Shown here: piece by piece, positions 17,656 through 25,858 of the stretch | Layout: each line of letters starts with the position of its first letter | Numbering within the stretch: the first letter of the stretch is position 1 | Origin: Chloroflexota bacterium | GTDB taxonomy: Bacteria > Chloroflexota > Dormibacteria > CF-121 | Assembly (NCBI GenBank): GCA_005882775.1 | Contig: VBDY01000120.1 | Location: 3,357-67,356, forward strand | Direction: 5' to 3' | DNA: 64,000 nt | Position numbers and translations under genes: made by a program | The notes under the pieces: generated by a model | Database searches by the model: none | Told to the model about the DNA's origin: nothing | The model's input: the letters and a program-made list of their open reading frames with translations, nothing else

Positions 17656-17661
17656 ATTATA
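17656..17661 (-). promoter_or_regulatory. Putative -10 box (TATAAT) for the DUF948/anti-sigma/sigma operon
   Basis: Perfect TATAAT in GC-rich intergenic DNA, about 54 nt upstream of the ACG start; no clear -35. Confidence 0.6.
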
Positions 17662-17678
17662 GCGTCGACACACACGTT

Positions 17679-17990
17679 CTACCGTGATCGCCGCCCGCCT
17701 AAACCAGGCTGGCGGGGCGGGGGCTCCTCATCCCTGCCGGCCCAGCGAGTGGCGGCCAGCTGGAGCCCGGCCAGCAGGACCAGGTCCACCGCCGGATGGA
17801 GGTCACCCAGGGCCAGGCGGCTGCCCAGGATCACGGTCGCACCCAGTTCGCCCAGGCCGAAGGCGACAGCGCTCAGGGCGAGCCGGAACAGGTAGTTGGG
17901 CCGCCGCGGCCAGACCACGTAGGCCACCTGCGTGGACAGCAATATAAGAAGGATGGCGAGCAGGAAGGCAGGGGGAACGGCCGGGAACAC
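17679..17990 (-). CDS. Small hypothetical membrane protein (about 3 TM)
   Basis: Three hydrophobic segments and a GDLH motif; TGcTAGAGT extended -10 lies 9 nt upstream of the GTG. Confidence 0.7.
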   Translation of the reverse strand: MFPAVPPAFLLAILLILLSTQVAYVVWPRRPNYLFRLALSAVAFGLGELGATVILGSRLALGDLHPAVDLVLLAGLQLAATRWAGRDEEPPPRQPGLGGRRSR

Positions 17991-18007
17991 GTCGCGGCCA
18001 CTCTAGC

Positions 18008-18042
18008 AACAAAAAAGAGGTCCGGCGATCCGCCGGACCTCT
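18008..18042 (-). terminator. Intrinsic (rho-independent) terminator
   Basis: 12-bp perfect stem AGAGGTCCGGCG-GAT-CGCCGGACCTCT followed by a T run, just downstream of the 18063..18887 gene. Confidence 0.9.
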
Positions 18043-18062
18043 GAATCGATCGGTTTGTGTAG

Positions 18063-18887
18063 CTAGTCGGCCTGCGCCTTGCCGTGAGCCAGGCGCTTGC
18101 CCTTCTGCGGCGCAGCAGTCGCAGCGCTCTTGTTCGAAGCGGTCTCACCGCCGCCGGTCGTGAACTTGGGCGCATTCGAGTGCCCCACGTTCTGGCGATG
18201 GTCGACCGACTCGGTGTTGCCGGAGTTGCCCGGGTAGGTGATGGTCGTGTAGTCGACCGTCAGGCCGGAGACCAGCAGATGGACTGACATGTCATCGTTC
18301 ATGCGGTTCACGCTGACACCGGTCAGGGTCTTGGTCGTGTTCGCGCTGTCCACAGTGATGGCGAGCTGGTCCAGGACCGCGCTGCCACCGCCCATCCAGC
18401 CCTGTGCGTAGCCAGACCAGGCGTTCTTAGAGTCGGTGCTGCTCGCGGTGCCAACCACGATGCTGCCGGCGCCGACCCGCCACTCGCGGAGGTTGCCACC
18501 GATGGTCAGGTTGACGGTCTGCGTGCTGCCGTCACTGAAGGTAAGCGTCACCTGGCCCGCTGTGCGGGTGGCATACCAGTAGTAGGTGAACGAGCTGTTC
18601 ACCAGCAGATAGACATGCTTGGGGTTCTTGTACGAGGTGGCGAACGTAGCTGACGTACCGTTGGCGAGATACACGAAGTTCCCGCTGCTCAGGTCAAACG
18701 GGACCGTTGTGTTCGGCAGCACGGGGCCTGCCGGCGGGTTGGAATAGAAGGACGCCAGGGCCGTGTTCGCCTGCGCGGCCAGGCTGACGGTACCGGTGTC
18801 CGCCGATACGAGCGTGCTGAGACCGATCAATAGACCAGACGCGAGAATAAGTCCTTTTGCGGGTTTGGATAGGAGTCCGGCGTTCAT
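18063..18887 (-). CDS. Hypothetical secreted beta-rich protein
   Basis: Signal-peptide-like N-terminus (…STLVSA|DT), Thr/Ser/Gly/Asn-rich beta-type body and basic low-complexity tail; own -10 box and terminator. Confidence 0.8.
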   Translation of the reverse strand: MNAGLLSKPAKGLILASGLLIGLSTLVSADTGTVSLAAQANTALASFYSNPPAGPVLPNTTVPFDLSSGNFVYLANGTSATFATSYKNPKHVYLLVNSSFTYYWYATRTAGQVTLTFSDGSTQTVNLTIGGNLREWRVGAGSIVVGTASSTDSKNAWSGYAQGWMGGGSAVLDQLAITVDSANTTKTLTGVSVNRMNDDMSVHLLVSGLTVDYTTITYPGNSGNTESVDHRQNVGHSNAPKFTTGGGETASNKSAATAAPQKGKRLAHGKAQAD

Positions 18888-19040
18888 ACCGACTACTCTA
18901 AATTGCGTACCTTACGCGGTCGGTGGCGCGCGGCTGGCAGTCAGTAACGGGGGCGAATAGTCGGGGTCACAGTCCTGCCTGACCTTATGAAAAGCCTTGC
19001 GACGTCGGCCCCGACCACAAAAGATTGGCGCTCCAGGCGG

Positions 19041-20822
19041 TTATAACGGACGTGTTTCGGTCCGCCGCCGAATCTCCAGGCCGAGCTCGCGCAGTTGGCT
19101 CGGGTCGATCGGCGCAGGCGCGCCCGTCATAGGCTCCTCGGCCTGCTGGTTCTTTGGAAATGCAATCACTTCCCGGATGCTTTCCTGCGCGGCCGCCAGC
19201 ATCACCACACGATCCACCCCAAAGGCGAAACCGCCGTGGGGGGGCGCACCGTATTCGAAGGCTTCGAGGAGGAAACCGAAGCGTCGCTGAGCCTCGTCCG
19301 GCGTCAGCCCGATTCCCTGGAAGACGCGCTGCTGCATGGCGGCGTCGTGGATCCGAATGCTTCCCGAGCCTAATTCGGTGCCGTTCAAGACCAGGTCGTA
19401 CGCCCGGGCCCGAACCCGCAGCGGTTCTTTTTCCAGCAAGGCCAGGTCTTCGGGATTCGGCGAGGTGAATGGGTGGTGGGCCGGGGTAAGGTCGCCGGTC
19501 TCCTTGCTGCGCTCGAAGAGCGGAAAGTCGGTGACCCAGACGAACTCGGTCGCCCCCGCCGCTATCAGTCCCAGGCGGCGGGCTGCATCCCGGCGGACCT
19601 GACCCAGGGCCGGGGCGGCAATGTCGGGTCGGTCGGCAACCGCCACCACCAGGTCGCCAGCCTGGGCACCGGTGCCGGCCTGCAGGGCATCGTGCTCGAC
19701 CGGGGTGAAGAATTTCGCGATCGGTGATTGCCAGCCGTCGCCGGTGCGCTGCCACCAGGCGAGGCCTTTGGCGCCCTCTGCCCTGGCAACCTCGGTCAGG
19801 GCATCGATTTCCTTGCCGGCGATCCCGGCCCCGCCGGGAACCCGGATTCCCCGGACACAACCTCCCTGGTCGATCACTTGACGAAAGATCTTGAAGCCGG
19901 TCTTGCTGAAGATCTCGGTCAGGTCGGTGATCTCGAGGCCATAGCGCAGGTCCGGCTTATCCAGGCCGTATTTCGCGATCGCCTCGGCGTGCGTGATCCG
20001 TCGAATCGGAACCTGGATCCGAGACTCCAGGACGTTTTCCCATACGTGCGCGAAGCAGCGCCCGATCACGTCCAGGACGTCGTCTTCCGAGACGAAGGAC
20101 ATCTCGAGGTCGAGCTGGGTGAATTCGGGCTGGCGATCCGCGCGAAGGTCCTCGTCCCGATAGCAGCGGGCTATCTGAAAGTAGCGGTCCAGGCCCGCCA
20201 CCATCAGTAGCTGCTTGTAAAGCTGAGGAGACTGGGCCAGGGCGTAGAAGTATCCTGCCCGCAAACGGCTGGGCACCAGGTAGTCGCGGGCGCCTTCCGG
20301 CGTGCTGCGGATCATCACCGGAGTCTCGATCTCGGTGAATCCCTCCCGGTCGAGAAAGTCCCGGACTGCCTTGACCATCCGATGGCGCAAGTGAAGGTGG
20401 CGTGCCATGCTCGGGCGGCGCAGGTCCAGGTAGCGGTAGCGCAGGCGAAGCTGCTCGTCGACCTGACTGTCTTCGTTGATGGCGAAAGGAGGCGTCTTGG
20501 CCCGGCTCAGGATCTCGACGCTGGCGGCCTCGACCTCGATCTCGCCGGTCAAGAGGTCGCGGTTCTCAGCCCCCGATGGACGTCGCCTGACGACCCCGGT
20601 TACTCGAAGGACGTACTCCAGCCGCAACGAGCCGGCGGCTGCGTACGGCTCGGCGTTGGCCGGCGCAAAGGTCACCTGCACCAGCCCGCTGCGGTCCCGG
20701 AGGTCGATAAAGATCAGGCCGCCATGATCCCGGCGCCGGTGCACCCAGCCATAGAGGTCGACGGTCTCCCCCACCTGGGCGGCGCGCAGGCTGCCACAGG
20801 GGCTGCGCCGGGTCAGGCTCAC
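19041..20822 (-). CDS. aspS: Aspartate--tRNA ligase (probably non-discriminating Asp/Asn type)
   Basis: GWVHRRRDHGGLIFIDLRD (His at the discriminating position), STPEGARDY, QIARCYRDED and GAPPHGG. Confidence 0.97.
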   Translation of the reverse strand: MSLTRRSPCGSLRAAQVGETVDLYGWVHRRRDHGGLIFIDLRDRSGLVQVTFAPANAEPYAAAGSLRLEYVLRVTGVVRRRPSGAENRDLLTGEIEVEAASVEILSRAKTPPFAINEDSQVDEQLRLRYRYLDLRRPSMARHLHLRHRMVKAVRDFLDREGFTEIETPVMIRSTPEGARDYLVPSRLRAGYFYALAQSPQLYKQLLMVAGLDRYFQIARCYRDEDLRADRQPEFTQLDLEMSFVSEDDVLDVIGRCFAHVWENVLESRIQVPIRRITHAEAIAKYGLDKPDLRYGLEITDLTEIFSKTGFKIFRQVIDQGGCVRGIRVPGGAGIAGKEIDALTEVARAEGAKGLAWWQRTGDGWQSPIAKFFTPVEHDALQAGTGAQAGDLVVAVADRPDIAAPALGQVRRDAARRLGLIAAGATEFVWVTDFPLFERSKETGDLTPAHHPFTSPNPEDLALLEKEPLRVRARAYDLVLNGTELGSGSIRIHDAAMQQRVFQGIGLTPDEAQRRFGFLLEAFEYGAPPHGGFAFGVDRVVMLAAAQESIREVIAFPKNQQAEEPMTGAPAPIDPSQLRELGLEIRRRTETRPL

Positions 20823-22096
20823 ACCCGCCCGTCCAGTCTCTTGCCGACCGCCGCGGGCAGCTCTCCGTAGCCGACGCTGACCTGCTCCTTGTCCCGCATG
20901 TCGCGAAGGATGGCCTGGCCATGGGCGCGCTCCTCCGGTCCGACGATCAGCGCCAGCCTGGCTCCCCGCCGGTCGGCTTTGCGCAGCTTGGCGTCGAGCC
21001 TGGCTTCGCCGGCGTCGACGATGACTCCAAAACCATGCCCTCGCAGAGTAGAGGCCAGCTCGATTACCTGGCCGCGGTCCTCCGCACTGACCGTTACCGC
21101 ATAGACATCCAGGCCGTCGGACTCCCCCGGCCGCTCCTGCTTGAGGATGACCGCGGTCCGGTCGAGGCCAATCGCGAACCCCATGCCCGGGGTGGAGCGA
21201 AATCCCAGCTCGGCCGCCAGGCCATCGTAGCGTCCGCCTCCCACGAGCGCGTTCTGGGCGCCGCCCAGGCTCTCGTGCCAGCCCTCGAACACGGTGCGTG
21301 TGTAATAGTCGAGCCCGCGCACCAGCGTCGGATTCAAGGCGAAGGGAATGTCCAGGCCGCGCAGGCCGGCCTTGACGGCTTCAAAGGCCGCCGCGCAGGC
21401 GGCATCGAGGTGATCCACTATCCGGGGGGCGTCGGCCTTGAAGCGTTGGTCGGCGGGCACATTGCAGTCCAGCATCCGCAGCGGGTTTCGCTCGAAGCGG
21501 ACCTGGTCATCCGCACAGAGCTGCGGGAGCAGCGGTCGGTAGTAGTCGCGGAGCAGCTCGCGGTAGGCTGGCCTGCAGACCTCGTCACCGATGCTGTTCA
21601 CCTGCAGGCCGATCCCGCTGAGACCGAGCTCTTTGAACCACGACCAGGCGAGCTGGATCGCCTCCACGTCGAGGCCCGGGTCGTCATCGCCGATCACCTC
21701 GACGCCGAGCTGATGCAGCTGCCGGAACCGACCCGCCTGGGGGCGGCCGTACCGGAAATACGGGCCGATGTAGAAAAGCCGCACGGGCTGCGGCTCCTCG
21801 GTCAGCCCGCCCTCAAAGTACGCCCGGACGATGGGGGCCGTGCCCTCGGGGCGCAGGGTGAGGGAGCGTTCTCCGCGGTCTGTAAATGTGTACATCTCCT
21901 TGAGAACGATGTCGCTCGCATCGCCGGCGCTGCGACTGAAGAGCTCGGTGGCTTCGAAGATCGGCGTATCGATCTTGCGGTACCCATAGCGGACAGCCAG
22001 TCGCTCGGCCGCCTGCTGCATCAACCGCCAGTAGGGTTGATCAGCAGGCAGGATGTCTTGCGTCCCGCGCGGACGCTGCAGCGGCGTGCGCGCCAT
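20819..22096 (-). CDS. hisS: Histidine--tRNA ligase
   Basis: PRGTQD, LRPEGTA, LVRGLDYYTRTVFE and GGGRYDGL. ATG at 22096. Confidence 0.97.
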   Translation of the reverse strand: MARTPLQRPRGTQDILPADQPYWRLMQQAAERLAVRYGYRKIDTPIFEATELFSRSAGDASDIVLKEMYTFTDRGERSLTLRPEGTAPIVRAYFEGGLTEEPQPVRLFYIGPYFRYGRPQAGRFRQLHQLGVEVIGDDDPGLDVEAIQLAWSWFKELGLSGIGLQVNSIGDEVCRPAYRELLRDYYRPLLPQLCADDQVRFERNPLRMLDCNVPADQRFKADAPRIVDHLDAACAAAFEAVKAGLRGLDIPFALNPTLVRGLDYYTRTVFEGWHESLGGAQNALVGGGRYDGLAAELGFRSTPGMGFAIGLDRTAVILKQERPGESDGLDVYAVTVSAEDRGQVIELASTLRGHGFGVIVDAGEARLDAKLRKADRRGARLALIVGPEERAHGQAILRDMRDKEQVSVGYGELPAAVGKRLDGRV

Positions 22097-22143
22097 GGAT
22101 GGGAAGGATACGGGAACGCGCGTGCCGCCCGGCAATGGTTACG

Positions 22144-24843
22144 TCAGCTGGCGAGCTGGCCCGACGCCGGCAGTCCCTCGTCGCTGCGTGCCACCCGGTT
22201 GCGCCCAGTGCGCTTGGCCACGTAGAGCGCCTGGTCCGCCGCCTGCACCAGCGCCTCCCGGGTGTCGCCGTCCCTTGGGAAAGTGGCGATGCCAAGACTG
22301 AGCGAAAGATGCGAGACCAGGTGACCCTCGAACACCAGCGGTTGGGAGGCCACCGCGCTTCGGATCCGCTCGGCCACGATCGCCGCCGCGCGCATGTCGG
22401 CTCCGCGCAGGACGAGCACGAATTCATCGCCGCCATACCGCGCGACCAGGTCCTTGGGCCGGACCGCGGGGACGAGGACCTGCTGGGTCAGATACCGAAG
22501 CACTGCGTCGCCGGTCGGATGGCCGACCGTGTCATTGATCTGCTTGAAGTGGTCGACGTCACACATGACCAGCGCCAGCGATTCGCGTGTCTTACGCGCC
22601 CGCTGCAGCTCGCGGTCGAGCCGAGACTCAAACTCCCGGTGATTCGCCACGCCGGTCATGGTGTCGGTCATGGCGAGGTGTTTGGTCTCCTCGTATGCCG
22701 CCGCGTTCTCGATGGCGATCACCACCTGGTTGGCCAGGGTCTGCAGAACCCGCAGCTCGCTTCGCTCCAGCTGTCGGGGAGTGCGCATATGGACCACCAG
22801 GACGCCCGCGATCTCGCCGTCGAGGGTCATCGGGACTCCCAGGGCCCGCTCCAGTCCGATCCGTCGCGACGCACCCAGGGGGGTGGCCTGGTCGGCGGTG
22901 ATGTCGAGCTCGAAGACCTGCTCCGGGCGCTCCACGCCGGCGGCGACCGCGGCGCCGCTGGCCCGCACGCCGGCCAGCTCCCGCCGGGTGGCGCAGCCGA
23001 CGTAGACATCGGAGAACTGCTGGCGCCAGGCCCGGTTGCGCAGGTGTATGGACGCGTAAGGCATTTCGAGGATGTCCGCGGTGGCGTGCGCGACGGCACG
23101 CAGCAGGCTGTCCGTGCCGACGGTGACCGTGGTCAGCGCTTGCGAGATCTTCTCCAGGGCAACGATTGCCTGGTCCAGGCGATGAGCCTGCAGCTCGGTC
23201 TTCCTCCGAAGGTCCGCGTTCTCGAGCATCAGGGCCATCTCGGTGGCGATCGTTTGCAGGACCTCGATGTCCTGTTGAGGCAGCGAATACGCCGGGCCAA
23301 CCCCCACCAGGAGGTATCCGGCATTGCGCCCGCTGCGGATCAGCGGAACCACCAGGACCCGGCGTGCGCCGGCCAGCTCCGCGAAGAGCCGGATGGCGCG
23401 CCGGCGATCCTCTGCAGTGTTTTCGACCGTCTCGATGGTTGCGCCGGCCTCGTTCGAGAAACCGTCCGCCATCTTCGGTCCGCTGAGCCGGGACAGCTGC
23501 CCGGTGTGTTCAACCTTCAGGCCGACGATGGCACGCAGGTCGAGGGCATGTAGCTCGCCGGCACGCGACAGGAGGAGGGCGGTCTCGATGCCAAGCGATT
23601 TCAGGCTGACACTCAGGATGGCTTCGGCCATGGCGCCCGGCTCGCTTTCCTTGCCGAACCCCTGGCTGGTCTGTGTCAGAGCGGCCAGCCGGCTCATCTG
23701 GTCGTTGAGGGCGCGGGTCCGGTCCTGGAGGTCGTGGGTCATGGTGTTGAAGGCGGATGCGAGCTCGCCCAGCTCGTCGCGCCGGCGAACCGTCAGCCGG
23801 CGGCTCAGCTCTCCGCGAGCGACCGCCTGGGTGCCGGCGACCAGGTCCTCGATCGGACGGGTCAGGCGGAGTGCCAGGACGTAGCCGATCATAAGCAGGA
23901 GCAGGACAACGGCCGCAAACAACACGGTCATCTGGACCGCCGAGCGAAGGCCGGCAGCGACCACGGCGTCGCGAGAGAGGGCGACCGCCAGATAGCCTTG
24001 CGGTTGCTGGCGCAGGTAGAAATGCGTGAACTGGAACTCATAGGGCTGGCCCTTTACGTCCAGGGTCCGGCGGGCCGCGCGGCCCGGCGACGCCAGGTCG
24101 AGGTAGGACGCACTCTGTGGGTCCATGGCTCCGGCCGGAACCCCGGCAAGGGTGCTACCCAGGAGCCGCCGATCGGTGTCGAGCAGTGCGACATCGGATT
24201 GACCGGCCGCGCGCATTTCACCGAGCACAGCCGGCAGCGGCGTGGCAAGCAGCACGCCCCCGGTGACGCGGTCGTTGAAGATGATCGGCCCGGCGGTGGC
24301 CAGACGGATGGGGGCGCTGTCGATGTAGCCGATGAACTTGTCGCCCAGAGCGTCGAACGATCCGAGTAGCACCGGGCGAACCACGGGCTCGGCCGAGACA
24401 TCGTTCCCACTCGCAAACACGAGGCCGCCAGGGTTCCTGGCATCCGGCTGGTCGATTTCGAGGATGGTGCGCCCGGACGAATCGAAGACCTTGATGCTCC
24501 CGAGCCGGTTATTGATCTCGAGCGGCACGAGCAGCTTGCGCAGCGCCGCGGCGTCGTGATTTTTGACCGCCAGGTCGACTCCCTCCGTGTTGGCGATCAG
24601 GCGGACGGCGGCGACCTGCCGGCCCTGCACCTTGACCGCAGCGTCGAGCGCGGCATCCTGTGCCTGGACAAGCTGGTCGGCGATCCGGTGTTCGAGGGAG
24701 CTGGCCACCAGGCTGGTGGTGAGGTAAGTGCCGACAACTCCCAGGATCAGCATCAGGAGGAGGAAGGGCAGGATGATCTGTGTCCGAATCCTGAGCGCAG
24801 GGATGACCAGGCGCCGGCGTCCGCCCCGGTTCTTCTTACCCAC
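22144..24843 (-). CDS. Membrane diguanylate cyclase (TM-Cache-like sensor-TM-HAMP-GAF-GAF-GGDEF)
   Basis: Two TM helices flanking about 260 aa of extracytoplasmic sequence; HAMP (LTRPI...[14 protein letters not shown]); two GAF-like segments; D.D.FKQINDT.GH and ARYGGDEF with an RPKD I-site. Confidence 0.92.
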   Translation of the reverse strand: MGKKNRGGRRRLVIPALRIRTQIILPFLLLMLILGVVGTYLTTSLVASSLEHRIADQLVQAQDAALDAAVKVQGRQVAAVRLIANTEGVDLAVKNHDAAALRKLLVPLEINNRLGSIKVFDSSGRTILEIDQPDARNPGGLVFASGNDVSAEPVVRPVLLGSFDALGDKFIGYIDSAPIRLATAGPIIFNDRVTGGVLLATPLPAVLGEMRAAGQSDVALLDTDRRLLGSTLAGVPAGAMDPQSASYLDLASPGRAARRTLDVKGQPYEFQFTHFYLRQQPQGYLAVALSRDAVVAAGLRSAVQMTVLFAAVVLLLLMIGYVLALRLTRPIEDLVAGTQAVARGELSRRLTVRRRDELGELASAFNTMTHDLQDRTRALNDQMSRLAALTQTSQGFGKESEPGAMAEAILSVSLKSLGIETALLLSRAGELHALDLRAIVGLKVEHTGQLSRLSGPKMADGFSNEAGATIETVENTAEDRRRAIRLFAELAGARRVLVVPLIRSGRNAGYLLVGVGPAYSLPQQDIEVLQTIATEMALMLENADLRRKTELQAHRLDQAIVALEKISQALTTVTVGTDSLLRAVAHATADILEMPYASIHLRNRAWRQQFSDVYVGCATRRELAGVRASGAAVAAGVERPEQVFELDITADQATPLGASRRIGLERALGVPMTLDGEIAGVLVVHMRTPRQLERSELRVLQTLANQVVIAIENAAAYEETKHLAMTDTMTGVANHREFESRLDRELQRARKTRESLALVMCDVDHFKQINDTVGHPTGDAVLRYLTQQVLVPAVRPKDLVARYGGDEFVLVLRGADMRAAAIVAERIRSAVASQPLVFEGHLVSHLSLSLGIATFPRDGDTREALVQAADQALYVAKRTGRNRVARSDEGLPASGQLAS

Positions 24844-25723
24844 GGCACGTCCACGACTGGGCTTGAACGCTGTACGCGGGGTACACGAATACGAGCTGCT
24901 CCGAGCCCGAGTGCTGGGGCGTCCACTGGTCGCTCACGACCGCGTGCGCGCTGAAGTCGCCGGCCGCGATCACGATCGGCTGTTCCGGCTGGATGGTTGT
25001 CTTCTGGCCGTCCGTCCGGACCCAGCCGTAGTACACGGTCCCGCCGGCGCCGTTCGTCGTGAAGCTCCCAGTGGCCGTCACCTGTCCGTTCGAGCACGGT
25101 GCCCCGCTACCGGCCGGATGCTTGCTCACATTCTCCTGAGCGAACAGGATCCTGAACTGGCCCGGAATCGGCGTGGGTGTGGGCGTCGGCCGAGGGGTCG
25201 GAGTTGGTGTCGGAGTGGGACTTGGGGTGGGCGTGGGGGATGGGCTCGGGCTCGGTGAGGGGGTTGGAGTGGGCGTGGGTGTTGGTGTGGGTGTTGGGGC
25301 CGGCGTGGGGGTCGGAGTCGGGGACGCCGACGGTCTGGGGGTTGGAGTCGGGCGTGGGGTAGGCGTGGGAGGGATCACCGGACGGGTGCTGGGAGCGACG
25401 CTCTGATTGGGTGGCGTGACCACGGTGAGAATCGGTGGAATAACGAGGATGTCGGACTGGCCTGTTGAATTGAAGAGGTTGTTGTCCCGCATGGCTTCCT
25501 CGGCCACCTGCGGGCTCAGCGGCTTGGTCCGGGCCCCCGAATCCAGGCCGAAGTCGGGGCCCAGGCTGGGAACCTGAACCCAGGCCAGGCCGTCGTTCGG
25601 CCGCAAGGCGGCCAGGGCCACCGCTCCGAAGAGCACGACGACGCCAACGCCAAGCCCTGTGAAGCCGGCGAGCGTGCGGCGTCCTTTCCGATTGGCACCC
25701 ATCATTCGCGCGTCGTAGCGCAC
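24836..25723 (-). CDS. Membrane-anchored surface protein with Pro/Thr stalk and C-terminal Ig-like beta domain
   Basis: Basic N-terminus plus TM helix, about 70 aa of (PT/PS)n, and a C-terminal beta domain bounded by two Cys ([22 protein letters not shown]); overlaps the DGC start by 8 nt. Confidence 0.8.
   Translation of the reverse strand: MRYDARMMGANRKGRRTLAGFTGLGVGVVVLFGAVALAALRPNDGLAWVQVPSLGPDFGLDSGARTKPLSPQVAEEAMRDNNLFNSTGQSDILVIPPILTVVTPPNQSVAPSTRPVIPPTPTPRPTPTPRPSASPTPTPTPAPTPTPTPTPTPTPSPSPSPSPTPTPSPTPTPTPTPRPTPTPTPIPGQFRILFAQENVSKHPAGSGAPCSNGQVTATGSFTTNGAGGTVYYGWVRTDGQKTTIQPEQPIVIAAGDFSAHAVVSDQWTPQHSGSEQLVFVYPAYSVQAQSWTCRG
25163..25373 (-). repeat. Degenerate 6-nt coding tandem repeat encoding the (Pro-Thr/Ser)n stalk
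   Basis: CCN-ACN periodicity, seen as GGGT/GGAGT/GGCGT runs on the plus strand. Confidence 0.9.
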
Positions 25724-25858
25724 TACCGATGCTAGGGAGCCGAACTTACGGCGGCCGTTTCACCCAGCGCCGCGCCAGGCGCTGCCGTAACGATTTGGTG
25801 ACAACCCGCCCGGGGCGTCGGCCCGCCGGCCTTTTGAGGCGTTCGACGGTCGCGAGGC

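Noticed and set aside
25163-25373. Possible CRISPR array or G-quadruplex cluster in the G-rich repeat
   Set aside because: No repeat-spacer structure and no cas genes. The G runs are explained by Pro codons on the opposite strand.
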